A DNA stretch of 62,859 nt, the filler included, from Rhabdomonas costata (lineage: Eukaryota), in the NCBI GenBank assembly GCA_019059605.1. It is 18 parts of 18 records of this genome, joined end to end, with 100 filler letters (N's around TTAATTAATTAA, not from the genome) between each part and the next. Parts side by side here need not be neighbours in the genome. Positions count along the whole stretch, not along the records: positions 1 to 3,400 come from JAHMHO010000892.1; positions 3,501 to 6,901 come from JAHMHO010000893.1; positions 7,002 to 10,402 come from JAHMHO010000894.1; positions 10,503 to 13,908 come from JAHMHO010000895.1; 14 more parts are not named here. One strand, given 5' to 3'. This document shows, piece after piece, positions 1 to 12,390 of the stretch. Under the pieces are notes generated by a model, which saw only the letters and a program-made list of their open reading frames with translations, was not told the origin of the DNA and ran no database searches. The translations under genes were made by a program, and so were the position numbers. Numbering within the stretch: position 1 is the first letter of the stretch; every line of letters starts with the position of its first letter.

Positions 1-3000
1 GGTGTTGTGTGGGGTGACCTTCCTGACCTTGGCCTGTTCCCCATGGACGTGCCCTGCAGACCCCCAGCGGTATCTTTGGCTTCTTTTTTTTGCAGTGCAA
101 AGTGTGGGAAATCAAATTCTCTCGTCACTGCTGCGCGGCGATCGTGCGCCGTGTTTACCTCTGAACTTTTGAGCTCTTACTGCCCGGTTCTCAGGATGTG
201 GGAGCGTTTGTGGGCTGCTTCCTTTGGTGGGACACACCCACCAATTCCGAGCTGGAGCCTGGCCCCTGGGCAGAGGAGGTGGAGCCCTATCTTCTCTGCC
301 ACGGGTCGCATAGCCTGCGCTACCTTGTCGCTGTGCGAGGCTGCGAGGTGTCATTGTGGGACGTGCCCCTGCAGAGAAAGCTCGCAACCTTTCCGTGCAC
401 CGCCAGGTCACCTCCTTGGCCTGCTCTCTGCCAGCCTGTCAATTACTGAGCCCCCTTCCATCCCTCCTTTATGCTTTCAAGCCCGAAAACACCCCCAGTG
501 CTGCGCTTTCCTTTCAGAATTTTTTTTCGGTCGTTGCAGCATAATTTCTTGTTCCGATATAGAGGTCATCTTGGAGTTGCTTTCAAATGCCCCTCACCCT
601 GAACTTTTATGATTTGCAGGACCTTGAACAAGTCGAACTTGCTGTATGAACGGATGCCTATTTTGACGAGACACATGTCTGTGCCCCCCCCCCCGGTTCC
701 TTTCCCTTCTGATTTTCCTCCGCAGATTTTTTTCCCGCTCTCAATTCTTCTCGAAAAAGGCGCGAGCTAGTTTCCTGCAGCCTCACGGTTACCCCGGCGA
801 GCTCCGCTCCCCCTGAACTCACCCTGGCATGGTGGGGTGGCCCCTCCGTGGGCCTCCGGATCGCCTTCACCCCTCCAAGGAAGGGTTCGTGCGTTTTCTT
901 TTTCAGTTCTTTCTTCTTTTTCTTTTCAGTGCTTTTAGCGTTTTTGGAAACCAGGTTCAGTGAGTCCTGCCTCTCCTGCTGTGCAGGTTTGACGCTATGA
1001 CGCTGTGACGCTATGCTGTTGGATGAGTTGTGTGAAATTGGAAAGATCATCCCGATTCCCTCTTTTTACTTTTTCACTTCCATTTGGTTTTATTTTCTAT
1101 TGCTTTTGCTTTGATTGGCTTGGACACTATAAAACGGCGGTTTCACGATCAGTCTGCTTCACCATATCTGAAAAATCTGATGAATCTTATTACTTTCTGT
1201 GGTTGTTCAGAGGTTTTGTTTGTATGCTTAATGGTATTTCTTTTGACGGCAGAAGCCATGACTCGGACCTTTGGAGTCCCTTTCCATGGCCGGGAGGCAT
1301 ACTGCATTCGCTGGGTCACCGCCGCGGAGCTGCGTTCCATCACCAGGCCCCATGACCTCCTGGTATCCGTCTCCGAGGATACTGACCTGCGAGTTCTGCG
1401 GTACATCTCATCAAATCACAGCCTGGTGGGGTATGCGCTCCTCCATGCAGCTTCGCTTTCCCTCTCTCTATCTGCGCGGCTTCTGTGATGATGTGAGGCG
1501 TCGCTCTGGGGGGTTGTGAGCAATGTTTGTGAGTCCTTGCTTCAAACATTCTTTGCGATGCGACAGGAAGGTTGGCAGCGACCTGTATTGAATTGCTGAT
1601 TCGTCCCAATTTCGGTGCTATTGTACGTTAGGCATCTGTGGAACTGGAATCCAGGGGAACCGCTAAAATACAATGAACCTGACATTCATTGCCCAACCTT
1701 CTTGTGTCCTTCTTGTCCAATGGCGCGGGGATGTGCTCATCTGCATCACCTTGGTGTCGCAGGGGGCCGATGCTTCACGGTGGGCACAGCAGTGGAGTCC
1801 GCTGTGCTCGAGTGTGCCCCTTTCCCGTGGAGGAAACCGGCTCAGTTTCCTCGTCTTCCTTCGTGGTCTTGGCAGGAGGAGGTGAGGAGCAGCTCAGCGT
1901 CTGGCGGGTGTCCATTTCCTCCTTGGCACACTGCCTGCTGGCGAAGTGGAGCCTCGGTCATCACTTTGGGCATACATTTTCCAGCTGTTCTTCCGTCTTT
2001 TTGGAGCGCAACACGCAGCGCCAGGGCGAAGCTGACGTTACCGTCCCTGTCGCGCTTCCGCCTTGGCGCCAGCGCTCCCTTAAGCGGGACAGAACCCGGG
2101 CGCAGTTCAGGATTTTAGCGTTGGTCGTGCTTCTCGAGGCTCCGCTGCAGATACGGGAGCCAGCTTTGCCGGTTTCGTCGCGGTACATTGTGATAGTGAG
2201 CTCTTCAGACTGCCTGCTGAAGGTGTTTCGGCTGTGCTGTGAGGAGAAGCCGTCCGACATGGGGTCTGTACCGAGCTCCTCAATAGTTGGAGTTCGTCCA
2301 ACTTTTCCATCCCTGACGCCGATTGCCGTGGCTCGCTCCTGTTCTGGTCCGGTACTTGCGCTGGAACCCTTGATGTGCCCAGCAGAAACACAGCTTTGTT
2401 CGCATACAAAGCTACCGCCTCTGTGCGGTGGGTGCACTACGGGAGTTTGTGTGGTGTGGGACTTTGGTGTCTTCCCTGGCACCGCCATGGATGTGAACAC
2501 TGTCCCCGGGCCAGTGCTGGGATGGGGGTGCCACCAGAATGGCGTGAACACCCTTGCGGTTGTGGCCGTTTCCGGTGGTTCCCAAGACCCCGGTGGTTCC
2601 GAAGACGGGTTTCAGTTTTGGGCCATTGCCACCGGAGGAGATGATCAGGCCGTTCGGGTCTCTATTATCAAGACTCCTGTGCAGGGTGCAGGACCCAGTG
2701 AAACGGGAACGTCCCACAAGGTACTGGCTGATGCGAGGGCGGCCCTTATACACTGTGCTGCAGTTCGAAGTGTTCATATTGAGGGTGGGGGGTTGCTGCT
2801 GTCCTTGGCGGGGGACCAGAAGCTGGTGAGGTATCGCTGGAGGTGGTCATCCGAGGAGGGAGCTGGGGTTGTGCACGTCGAGGTTCTGGAGTGGATTTTG
2901 ACAGATGTGCAGAGCCCAGAGGGAATGGAGGTTCACCCGGTGGCCCCTGATGCTGAGGCCGAAGAAGCAAAAGGAAAGGCAAAAACAAGAGAAAGGGCTT

Positions 3001-3152
3001 TGACCAATCCTGACGCTGTGAAGCACAAGGAGGTGATGACAATGAATGACTGCTGTTGTAAATGTGCTCAAGCGGTTCGACTTGTAGCGGTGGTGGGATG
3101 TGGTGTGCAAGTCGTACGGATCGTGCGAACGTCCAAGACTGCAAGAGAATGA
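1..3152 (+). CDS. WDR6: WD40-repeat protein WDR6/Trm734-like (tRNA 2'-O-methyltransferase partner), 5'-partial, multi-exon
   Basis: Approximate exons 1-69, 195-406, 620-643, 781-885, 1253-1399, 1763-3152 (possible extra intron near 1908-2111), GT-AG. Motifs FHGREAYCI, LLVSVSEDTDLRV, GHSSGVRC, GGGEEQLSVW, HQNGVNTL, IATGGDDQAV and LAGDQKL..W match the C-terminal propellers of WDR6/Trm734. Confidence 0.8.
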
Positions 3153-3400
3153 AACGAAAAGTACTGCTTTCGGCCTTTTTCTGAGATGAAGGCTGGGAGG
3201 GATGCGAGAGACTCTTGTACGAGAGCCTCCCGGGGTGTTGTCATCACCACTGCTATTGAATCGCTTTTCAACTTCGGCACTCGCATAGCTGCCTGAATTT
3301 TTCTCGTTTAGTTTTGTCTGATCGGATTTGCTACTTTCCCGAGAGGGTGTCCAAGGGTGTGCGGCCGGGGGTTCGGAAAAACGCGTTTTTCCCAACCCCC

Positions 3401-3500
3401 NNNNNNNNNNNNNNNNNNNNNNNNNNNNNNNNNNNNNNNNNNNNTTAATTAATTAANNNNNNNNNNNNNNNNNNNNNNNNNNNNNNNNNNNNNNNNNNNN
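3401..3500. other. Artificial contig linker (N-run, TTAATTAATTAA, N-run); first of 17
   Basis: The same 100-nt spacer with stops in all six frames recurs about every 3.5 kb, starting near 6902, 10403, 13909, 17409, 20911, 24410, 27914, 31409, 34909, 38409, 41904, 45398, 48893, 52382, 55870 and 59369. Confidence 0.99.
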
Positions 3501-3554
3501 TGTATTGGGTGTGTTGGGTTTTTTTTTTTATGACACACCATTCCTTGGTAATGG

Positions 3555-4330
3555 CCATTTGGTCAAAATTGGAAAGTAGTCAAGGCCAATCAAGGCCATA
3601 GACACACTTGCAGGCGACCCGAATGGCGAGGGTACCGCAAGATCGATGTGGATCCATTTGCCCCACTTCCCGATACCTTCGGGCGGGTCCAACGGTGCCT
3701 TTGCGCGTTGTTTTTAAGACAGGATTGTCACGCAAAGAACGAGTGATGTGCGCACATTGAAGGGTCCACGTTGGCTTCCGCTTCCTATGGAAGCGGTGCA
3801 TTCACTTGCTCTAATCGCGGTAACAGGTATGAAAGCTCACAGATAGGTTCTAGACTGTTCGGGTGCTTCGACAATCTGCTCGCCGGTGGACAAATGCACG
3901 TTAGGTTAGTGAAACCATTGAACGTTACGGATCTTCACAATGGCGTAACGAAACCGAGCAAACGTTCCTGTAAACTACAGTTCAAAAGAACGCGAGAATT
4001 TGGTAACCAAAGATGTCCTCGTTCTCTTTCTCACAAATGACTGTTAATTGTAGAGTCTTGGAAGTGTGATCTGCCGGAGTCTTATCTTCACGATCAAAGC
4101 TGATCAGATTGAATGTGGTAACTGAAAATCAGCTGAAACGGGATTTTGAAGTCGGATCTTGATGTCACCAATCCGGAGGACTTGGCAAATGCAACTGTCG
4201 AAAAACTGTCCCTCCATCTGCTAACTGCAATGGGCAGTGGAAGGTCAAGCTTTTTCACAGCCACGTTGTAGCAGAAACCGGTGTCAAAAAGAGTGCAAAC
4301 AAGGTCGCCAATGTCAACCTGTTAATACAG
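3555..4330 (-). mobile_element. Degenerate LTR-retrotransposon pol relic: aspartyl protease followed by integrase N-terminal core
   Basis: Minus-strand translation gives QVDIGDLVCTLFDTG (retropepsin DTG, about 4280-4320) and EDIFGYQIL (protease C-terminal ILG-like, about 3995-4020), then KWIHIDLAVPSP...LIGLDYF..TKWP (integrase first Asp region, about 3555-3665). Frameshifts and stops present. Confidence 0.55.
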
Positions 4331-5803
4331 TAGAAGTTCTGGAGTTTTAAAATGTTTAGATTGCTCGCTATGCAATTGCGCAAGTGCCAAAATGTGTCCG
4401 GTCAGTGGCCGGGAGACCTACCGTGGGAGTCCAGGCGCTGGATGCTGTGTTTCATATTTGTCGACTGATTTGGGAGAATACGAACATTCCTGAGGTCGTT
4501 GATTGTAGTTGCACTGCTTCCGCCGACATTTGTCAGCGGACGTGGTCGAAGGCAGTGGTTGAAGGTGTTTGAAAAGTGATCAGCGATCGCGTAACCATAC
4601 GGCGATGACAAACGTAAGACAGAATTGAAATGATCCATAACATTTATTGATGACTTAGTACGAATGCAGTCTGCGGCAATAACGGCACACCACTGTACCA
4701 GAGAAGGGGAATGATGATACACGCATCGTATATGCCACTGGCACCTAACCGTGTATCAACGGCGCCGGATTTTTTCTTACACCCGCAGGATTGAACTTTG
4801 GGCTTTATCATCACGACGAGTTTTGTCCAGAGCCCCCTTGTCAGTGGCAAATTCATGGGTACGTGTAAATGTCACGACATACCGCTGTTCCAACTAAGGG
4901 CATGGTAGCTATAGCCGGCGAGCGAGCGCGCGAGAGAGAGAAAAGAGGTAGGAGCCTGTCAACTGTTGGCGGCGTTAGGTGCCGCACATTAGGGGTCATA
5001 ACCAGCCAAGGCAAAGTTCTTTAACGCCGGAACCGAATTAAGACAGTGTACAAAAGCAGGGGGGGGGGGCGCCGAGGGCGACCATGAAAACCCACCGCTG
5101 GCTTTTTATTATAGGGAAGGGCGGGGAAAAACAAGAACGGCAGAATAACGGCGACCACACGCGCCTCCACAACAGGGTTGATAAGAATGAAATAGGAGGA
5201 ACTCATTGAATATTCGACTTGATAGATGCCAAAGAAAACGGCCATTACGGGTTGCCAGGTTTCAAGTTTTTTCAAGGTTCAAGGTTCAAGGGTTCAAGCA
5301 GTACGCAGCAGCGAGCACAGAAGCACGAAAGGGTCGAGAGAATTTTCGACCGGAGGACGTCAAACGCGCGACTTTGCATACTAGTCTTGTTCAAAGGGGC
5401 CCTCGGGCCCCTAGCTACCATCTATGCCCAAGCATACGATCGACATGTTCGCTTTTCATCTTTTTCATGTTTTTTCGGGGTTTTTTTTTGAATTTTTTGA
5501 TTTAATCGTGTTTCTTATGGACTCGTCACAGGTCTTTACCAAATATTCGGGGGTATTTTAAAAAGGAGGTGTTTTTTGCCAAGCCCTTCTTTTTTTGTCG
5601 GAATTTTAGAATTTGTCTATGGATAGGATTCGGGTTAACGAATCCTTCCTGATTGGGCTGCTGGGCGTGGGGGCCGTGGGGGCTTACGTTGGGGCGCAGG
5701 AAGATCAATTTAGGAAGACGGCAGAAGTCCCAGACAGAGCATTTGCGCGCAGGCATTGACACGTTTGACCTTGAAATCGGAAACCACCAACGCCACTGAT
5801 AAT

Positions 5804-6100
5804 TTATCGCCAGTTACATGGGGCAATTCCACCCCACACCGGCGGACGATCAGAATTTGGACCACTAAAATAATAAATCAAGTCCGCGAGAAAATGGTGG
5901 CAGCCCAAGGGTGACTGGATCCACCCCAAAGTGTACCACACCCGTCGCTTGTGGGTAATTGATCGCCGTGTAACAACTTTTGCAAGGGCTGATTTAAAAC
6001 CAGGCCGATCATACAACATTGCAAGCCTTTCCGCCTTGCACATCTCCTCGATTCTCCGAGGGTCACGTCGGAAATGTCGTATTTCCATTGGATACGGCAT
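5804..6100 (-). CDS. Hypothetical 98-aa protein or terminal exon
   Basis: ORF MPYPMEIRHFRRDPRR...VWYTLGW...PCNWR with a pyrimidine-rich CAG acceptor about 23 nt upstream of the ATG. No recognisable motif. Confidence 0.25.
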   Translation of the reverse strand: MPYPMEIRHFRRDPRRIEEMCKAERLAMLYDRPGFKSALAKVVTRRSITHKRRVWYTLGWIQSPLGCHHFLADLIYYFSGPNSDRPPVWGGIAPCNWR

Positions 6101-7278
6101 TTTCGCGCAGAACAACGGGAGATCTGAGGAATGACAAATTGAGAGGCTCTTGTCATGCAATGTACCGCCAACAAACGTCACTGGTGCATTGCAAACAAAT
6201 GAGATACAGACAAAAACTGAACAAAGAAAATGAAGGATTACAACAATGGTGGGAGCTGGTGGAACTTTCCGAAAAGGCAGCGCGAGCTCATCAGGAACAG
6301 CACAGCCATCCCGCGCTCGAACGCCATGGGAAAACCCGAAGGGAGCCACGGAAGGGGACATGGGGAAGCACACTGGAAAGAGTGGGAGCGGGAGAACGCA
6401 CGTGTGCCAAGACAAAAACTAGAGTTGCATGTGCAGGCCCCGGGGCCAAACAGTGGAAAAGTATGAAACACAAGCACCAAAACGGGTATGCAGGAAAAAA
6501 TGGTGTCACATACGGGCAGGGAAAAGTGACCCACTTCTCGCCACCCTAGGACGAAGTGTGTGGAGATTAAAACTCATGGGACGCGGGCGATGTGGTCGCT
6601 GGCACTACACCCGAGCATGCCCTCTGCATCAGACAGCACTCGCTCGCCCATTGCGCCTATTGAAAAAATTGAAAAACTGAAAGCTTACTACAAGAGCACA
6701 AACCCAGTGCTCCACACGTGCACGTGCAGCAAAGGCAAAGCACATTTGACGCTCAGCGGGGCAGTGGTGATGCCGGACACCTGGGAAGTAGCAGCTCCGG
6801 CACACCACGGAAATGCACCAGCGACTTTGACTCTGATTACCCTGTGCACTTCTCCTCCATGCCCAAAATTCCAACTCACACAGTGATAAAGAAAAAAAAC
6901 ANNNNNNNNNNNNNNNNNNNNNNNNNNNNNNNNNNNNNNNNNNNNTTAATTAATTAANNNNNNNNNNNNNNNNNNNNNNNNNNNNNNNNNNNNNNNNNNN
7001 NTTCCCAATCTGAAGTAAATCTTTGGAGGGGCGTCGTCTTGCAGTTGACAACAGAGGTTCCCGTGAACTAATGCATGTTGTGGGTTGTGGGAGCAGAGAT
7101 GCACAACGTGGTTCGTGATCGTAGATCGCCATTCGTTCTTGTGATTGGCAATCCTTCTGGCTTTCTCGCTGCAACCCCGAAAATGCAGGCTTTGCTCAAC
7201 ACTATGGGCAATCCATCTGAGAAACAGTTCAAAGGTTGTAAGGCTCGACAACGGGATATGAAAGGGTGAAGGGGCTAC

Positions 7279-9761
7279 CTTGTAAACTATGTTGCGGAAC
7301 GCCAGCACGTACTTCTCCGGAACACTGGCTCCATCCAGCGCAAACCCAGGACCGGCCGCTCCAAGTGCAGGAGCATGGGATGGAGTCCACGTCGGCGACG
7401 CGTGCGGAGTGCCCGGAATTGAATGAGAGGAACCCACCTCAGGAAATGGTCCGAGCACAGCCCCGCACGCTGGCCCAGGCGCCAGCTTCAAAGCGGAACA
7501 GTCCCAGGAATCGTTCAGCGAAGCGCACCAACGGGGTAACGTCTGTGAGCCACCAAGCGACTGAGTACCAAGAGCCATAGGAGGAGCGCCAATGGGCCCT
7601 GGCGAGCCGCAACAAGGAGCCGAGACCGCTGGAAGTGCACCGCCCAAGTCCACGACATGCTCGTGCAGTCCCTCGCAGGGCTTTCCGGAGGTCGTGCTCT
7701 CGGGGGCGGCGCGAAAGACCTCAGGGAACCGGACATATTTCACCCCAAGAAAGAACGCGAAGACCATGAGCAGGAAGAACAGGCTGGTGAATAGGAAGCA
7801 CAGCCACTTGTACGGGGCCCATGTGATGAAGGTCTGAGCCTCCATGAAGGCCTGGCCATAAGTCAGGGAGCAAGGGTCCTCGGGGTGCACGAGCTGGCCG
7901 TGGAGGGGGGACAGGAACTCGTTGGCCACCATGGCGGAGTAGGTGTAGGACATGGGGGAGCTCCAGTAGATCCAGATGTACCAGGGAGGGATATCCCCTC
8001 TGGGGATCATGTACCCCGAGAAAAGCACGTAGATGTACACCACGAACGCGGAGGCCCCCTTACAGGCAATCCCGCAGGCAGCGTGACTCAACAACCAAGG
8101 AAAATGGACAACGCCCCAACGATGCCAGCACCCGTACTCGTAATTGCATTGGGGGGGGGGGGCTTTAAACGTTTAACGGTGTTTGAGGTTTTAGGACTTT
8201 GTAGATCGATTGGGACATCATTTGCTTTTAGGAGCGGTCGGGCGTCAAACCCAATACAACAGCCCTGCCATTGGGGCGAAGAGTTGGGTGAGTCGCACGG
8301 ATAAGGGGGCGGCGTCTACTTACACGAGGGTTTCCTGGCTGAGAAGTGGCGATGAAAACCAGAAAGTGAGACCCTGTTTGAATGCATCGGTCACCCAACG
8401 ACGGCGAACACGGAACAAACCAAGGGTAATGGAGGAGAGTGGGCTGGAGTGCACATTAGACCCTGGATATCGACCTGAAAAGTTCCCTAGGAGAGCGACA
8501 AATATGGCATGCCACAGGGATTCCATGCCATTTCTCAGGTATTTTGCACAGAAAAAGACGTGCGGGAGAAGGCTGCAAATTCGGTGCATCTCGGGAAGAG
8601 GCACACCAAGGCGACAGACTGGCTTGGCGCGATCATCGAGATGAACTGGTACCATCCGTTGAGGCAGAGGTCGTTGATGAAGAGGACAAGCACGCAGAAG
8701 AAATAGTTTCCCGCGTACGGAGCAAGCCCTGCATGGTAAGGGGTGCGGCACAGAAAAGTCTCACTCACTGGACCAGAGCTCCCTCAAAGTCACCTCGGTA
8801 CCTTGTAGTTCAAGAAACTTGTGCAAAGCTTGGTACCCGAGGGTAGGGTAGGAGTTCACTTGTGGCTGGCATACCATTTTTCTTGAGCATGTGGAGGGGA
8901 GTGCGTTCCGTCCCGTCCGCGTTTCCTCGATTTCTACGTTACAGACCCGAAGAAACAATAGTTTAGGATGTACAGCAGAGAGCGTATGCGTATGCAGAGG
9001 AGGTGCTTCTGTGTTGCGGCCGCTCCCCAGTACGAGCCTGAGAGTACTGTGACGGGAGAGGGGGCTGCTTTCACTATTGAGGTGGGTGGTCCAGTGCTTC
9101 CGCATTTTTATTACCATTCCTGACTGAAAACCTGAAAAAACTCGGCTGAGGACACCCCAGACAAAATGGCAGTGGAGAACCACCCAACCCGCCACAACCT
9201 ATGACTCAAGTCGGTCGTATCACTGACATGACGTGGCGTAAAACTCCCGATCTTTCATTATCTCGGTGTACACAAGCGTTTGGATGTTCAGCAGAAGTTC
9301 AATGCAACCACACAGAGTGCAGCAGGGAGCAAAAAGGGAAACAGCCAGTTGCACTGCGGCGATAAGATGGAAAAACGGTGAAAAAAGGGAGAAACTAGTA
9401 AATCGAAATAGAAAAGAAGTGTGGGAAGGTGGGGGACTACACATGCCATTTTGGTTTTTTTACCAAAGCACCAAAATGTTCGAATTGTTTCACCTTTTCC
9501 GGTGAGATGAGTGGTCAGGAGATGCTGGGAGAGTACCTCCCGGTTCTCCTTTCGCCAGTCCAGCCATGTGTCGTGACGATCATGATTCAGAACGTAATCG
9601 AGAAAGTCAGCACTAGTTACCGCGCGAAAAGAGAAATTCACCCCTGATCGAGAATGAGCACAAAAAGTAGTCACCCCCCGCCCCCTCCCAAACAAAAGCA
9701 CACCACTAAGCCAGTATATGATGGTGGTGAAGACAACAGTATCCAGAAGTGCTTGCGGAGC
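7279..9761 (-). CDS. ABCG/PDR-type ABC transporter, internal fragment (TMD1 to start of NBD2)
   Basis: Approximate exons 9761-9704 (APQALLDTVVFTTIIYWLSG), 8728-8607 (LAPYAGNYFFCVLVLF) and 8058-7279 (LFSGYMIPRGDIPPWYIWIYWSSPMSYTYSAMVANEF...LAFRNIVYK); all GT-AG. Confidence 0.92.
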
Positions 9762-10708
9762 CTGCAGAAAGAAACCCGAGCCCGTACAAATACACATGAA
9801 AGACACATCAATCACTACATTGTTGTAATTAGTAGAAACTATATTTCGCGTATTTTCGGGATGTGGTAAACGCACTATCACGGTAAGATGCATAATTGGG
9901 ACGATAGAATTGCCTTTTGCAACGGTGAACAGCTCGAAGAGGTTCTGTGGTACTGTACCTTACCATTTAAAAGAAGAGGTCTCTTTTTGCTCTTTGTTTT
10001 CAATTCGTGCGCGGATATCCCACCAGAAAGGAACGTGATGATGCCCGGCGTCAAACCTACGCAAGTTGGAATCCAGGAACTCTTACTTTAACCCTTGATC
10101 GTATAATGCGCATACCCTTACGAAATAGAATGTTGCTGACCAACCTCAGAGAAATCACGGTTACACCCCGAAACTCAGAAGAACGTACGTGACGTATTTC
10201 GACCAGAAGTGGCTCGAACGTAAACTATGGCATCTTCTTCAGTGTTGCGACAGTATGATCCAGGAATGCCGCCATTTTGGCGTGCACTTTTACGTTAGAA
10301 TATCCTTCCGGAAATTCATACTTATGAGCAGCGATCGAAAAGCCCCAGGAAACGACCCCCGAAGGCAGTAACACAGACCAGGACAATGAAATTCACCAGG
10401 GTNNNNNNNNNNNNNNNNNNNNNNNNNNNNNNNNNNNNNNNNNNNNTTAATTAATTAANNNNNNNNNNNNNNNNNNNNNNNNNNNNNNNNNNNNNNNNNN
10501 NNTGAATTTCTTTTTGTAGGCTATAGAAAAGAAGGTAATTTGAAGAAGGTAGTTTGATATTTTGGTGGATAATCAGATCATAAAGTGAGTAAATTGTTTT
10601 GATGTTGTTTGTAAACTGCCAGGTTTCGCTTGGATCTTGAACCACTTTGCGGTTCAAGACATCCGCGGGACAACGCAACCTGAAAGGCGGAAAAACGCGA
10701 TTTTTCCA

Positions 10709-11190
10709 AAAAAAAAAAATGCCCAATACCGAAATACCACACCCAGGGGTGTAGCATCCCAAAATGGGCCTAAATGATCCCCAGTTAACGCAAAAACAAC
10801 GAAGGAAAACGGATTCGACTACTCCTAGACATTCACTTTTTTCAAAAATGCATTCTTAACCGTCACTGCGAGAGTACCCTGTGAGAATTTTGTAACAAAA
10901 AGCGGTTTTTTTTTGAAATCTCTGCTGGTCATTGAAGTTGCGGAAGTAGTGAAATAATCCATCGAATTGCGTTATAGTAACGAAATAATGGTAAAAAATG
11001 GTTCCTGGACGAAATTGACGTTTTCCCCATACAAAAGCCCAAAACGGGCGAAAAATTTGGAATTTTTCAAAAAAAAAAAACTCCCGAATACTATGAAATG
11101 ATGTCCCGGGGGTATAGCACCCCCCCCAAAAGCGCTAAATATGCCCGAATTAACGTAAATATAACGAAAGAAAACTGATACTTCGAGATA
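10709..11190. repeat. Two diverged ~115-bp direct repeats in an AT-rich, probably transposon-derived segment
   Basis: 10709-10820 (A-run..AATAC..GAAAT..GGGGTGTAGCA..CTAAAT..TTAACG..AACGAAGGAAAAC) resembles 11071-11185 (A-run..AATAC..GAAAT..GGGGTATAGCA..CTAAAT..TTAACG..AACGAAAGAAAAC). Confidence 0.55.
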
Positions 11191-11430
11191 TGACCAGAAA
11201 AAGTCGAAGTTTTGGTCATTTTCGGGTCCTTGAAAATTTTCTAAGTCGAAATTTTTTTTCGAGTTTTCGGCTCATATCTCCTAGAAAACGTGTCGGTCAC
11301 GGGAGATCATATACTTTGGACACGTGCAAAAGGTCCCTGCGTCATAAAAAACGCGAGGAAAAATCCTTTAGGATACTTTGCTGGGCACGATGGTTAGACA
11401 CTTAGTTGCAGTTAGCCTTATGTATATAAG

Positions 11431-11458
11431 AGGGTTAGGGTTAGGGTTAGGGTTAGGG
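11431..11458 (+). repeat. Interstitial telomeric-type repeat AGGG(TTAGGG)4
   Basis: Four perfect TTAGGG units, internal to the contig, directly abutting a CRE-like ORF relic. Confidence 0.95.
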
Positions 11459-12390
11459 TGCTTCCACAGGGTTTTCTGCGGTCCTGCGGAAGATTTGTAT
11501 GCATTGAATGCCAGCTGATGGCACCCCTTGCGCCCCGCGGATGGTGCCAGCAGCGCCCCTCAGCGTCCAACCTGCCCAGAGGTCTCTTCGCACCACCAAC
11601 GGTGTGGGTCAACGCACGGTCACTTCCGCTGAGCTTCAAACTTCCTTTCTGACCGCACTCGACTTCGTGCCTTGCAGTCTCCCAAAATGGATTCTAGCAC
11701 CCTGCGCCAGGGGTGGTAAGCGGCACAAACATCAGTGCAAGCGCCGGCTTCGGCTGTGGACCTCAGACCAGCGGCAGTGGCTTTTGCGCTGAGTGAATGA
11801 GGAGACCGCAAGACTTGAATACAAACGCTTTGGGCGCAAGCCTGCTTCAGTCGACGATTGTGGTATTCCTCGGAGCACTCGACGCGCCGGTCTGCGGGCA
11901 CTGTGAAGGCTCACTCAGCAAGGCCTCAGAAATCTCCTGTGTTGGGACTGCAGGATGCTGGGCCCCGAGGCAGACACTGCACTGCGTGAGCGTCATCCGC
12001 CCCGCCGATCCCTGACATAGCCACCTCCCACACAATACCTACATTCTGCACTTGCAGGTTTCTGCACGGAGTTCCTCCAGGGTATGTTACCAGAGAGATC
12101 TTTTTTGCGGAGCCGGACTCATCGCACCGACGGTCCCATAGCAGTGGGTGAGACACAGCGCAGGCTGGCAGCAAATTGTCTGGTGGGGAAGTATCAGGCG
12201 TCGGTTGTACAACATCGTTGACCGTTCTGCCATGCTCCGAGCTTTTGCTGATCGCTGCCCACATTTCCTTCCATGCTCAGCTTAGTTACGGAGGTGCCTG
12301 ATGTTGGGCATGGAAGTTCGCTGCATGGTGGGTAGTCGGTTCCAGGTTCCGGGTTTGGGGTTTGGGTCCCTGTAGTAGTGACCATAATGT
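11459..12390 (+). mobile_element. CRE-clade non-LTR retrotransposon relic, 5'-truncated and internally deleted
   Basis: Colinear motifs across frameshifts: FLRSCGRFVCIEC (Zn-finger-like), LPKWILAPCARGGKRHK..RRLRLW, EGSLSKA, ALRERHP, FLQGMLP..FCGAGLIA, PIAVGETQRRLAANCL (RT RPIAVGE.LRRL) and YNIVDRSAML..RCPHFLP (NAFN..DR). Confidence 0.82.

Noticed and set aside
406-781. Possible non-canonical intron in WDR6 via a CAGCCT repeat
   Set aside because: The repeat copies are out of frame, and a canonical GT-AG solution exists with or without the 620-643 micro-exon.
11380-11431. Helitron-like 5' terminus (TCTTATATACATAAGG on the minus strand)
   Set aside because: No matching 3' hairpin-CTRR end or second copy is visible, so the evidence is too weak.
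11431-11458. True chromosome end
   Set aside because: Only four units, with non-telomeric sequence on both sides.
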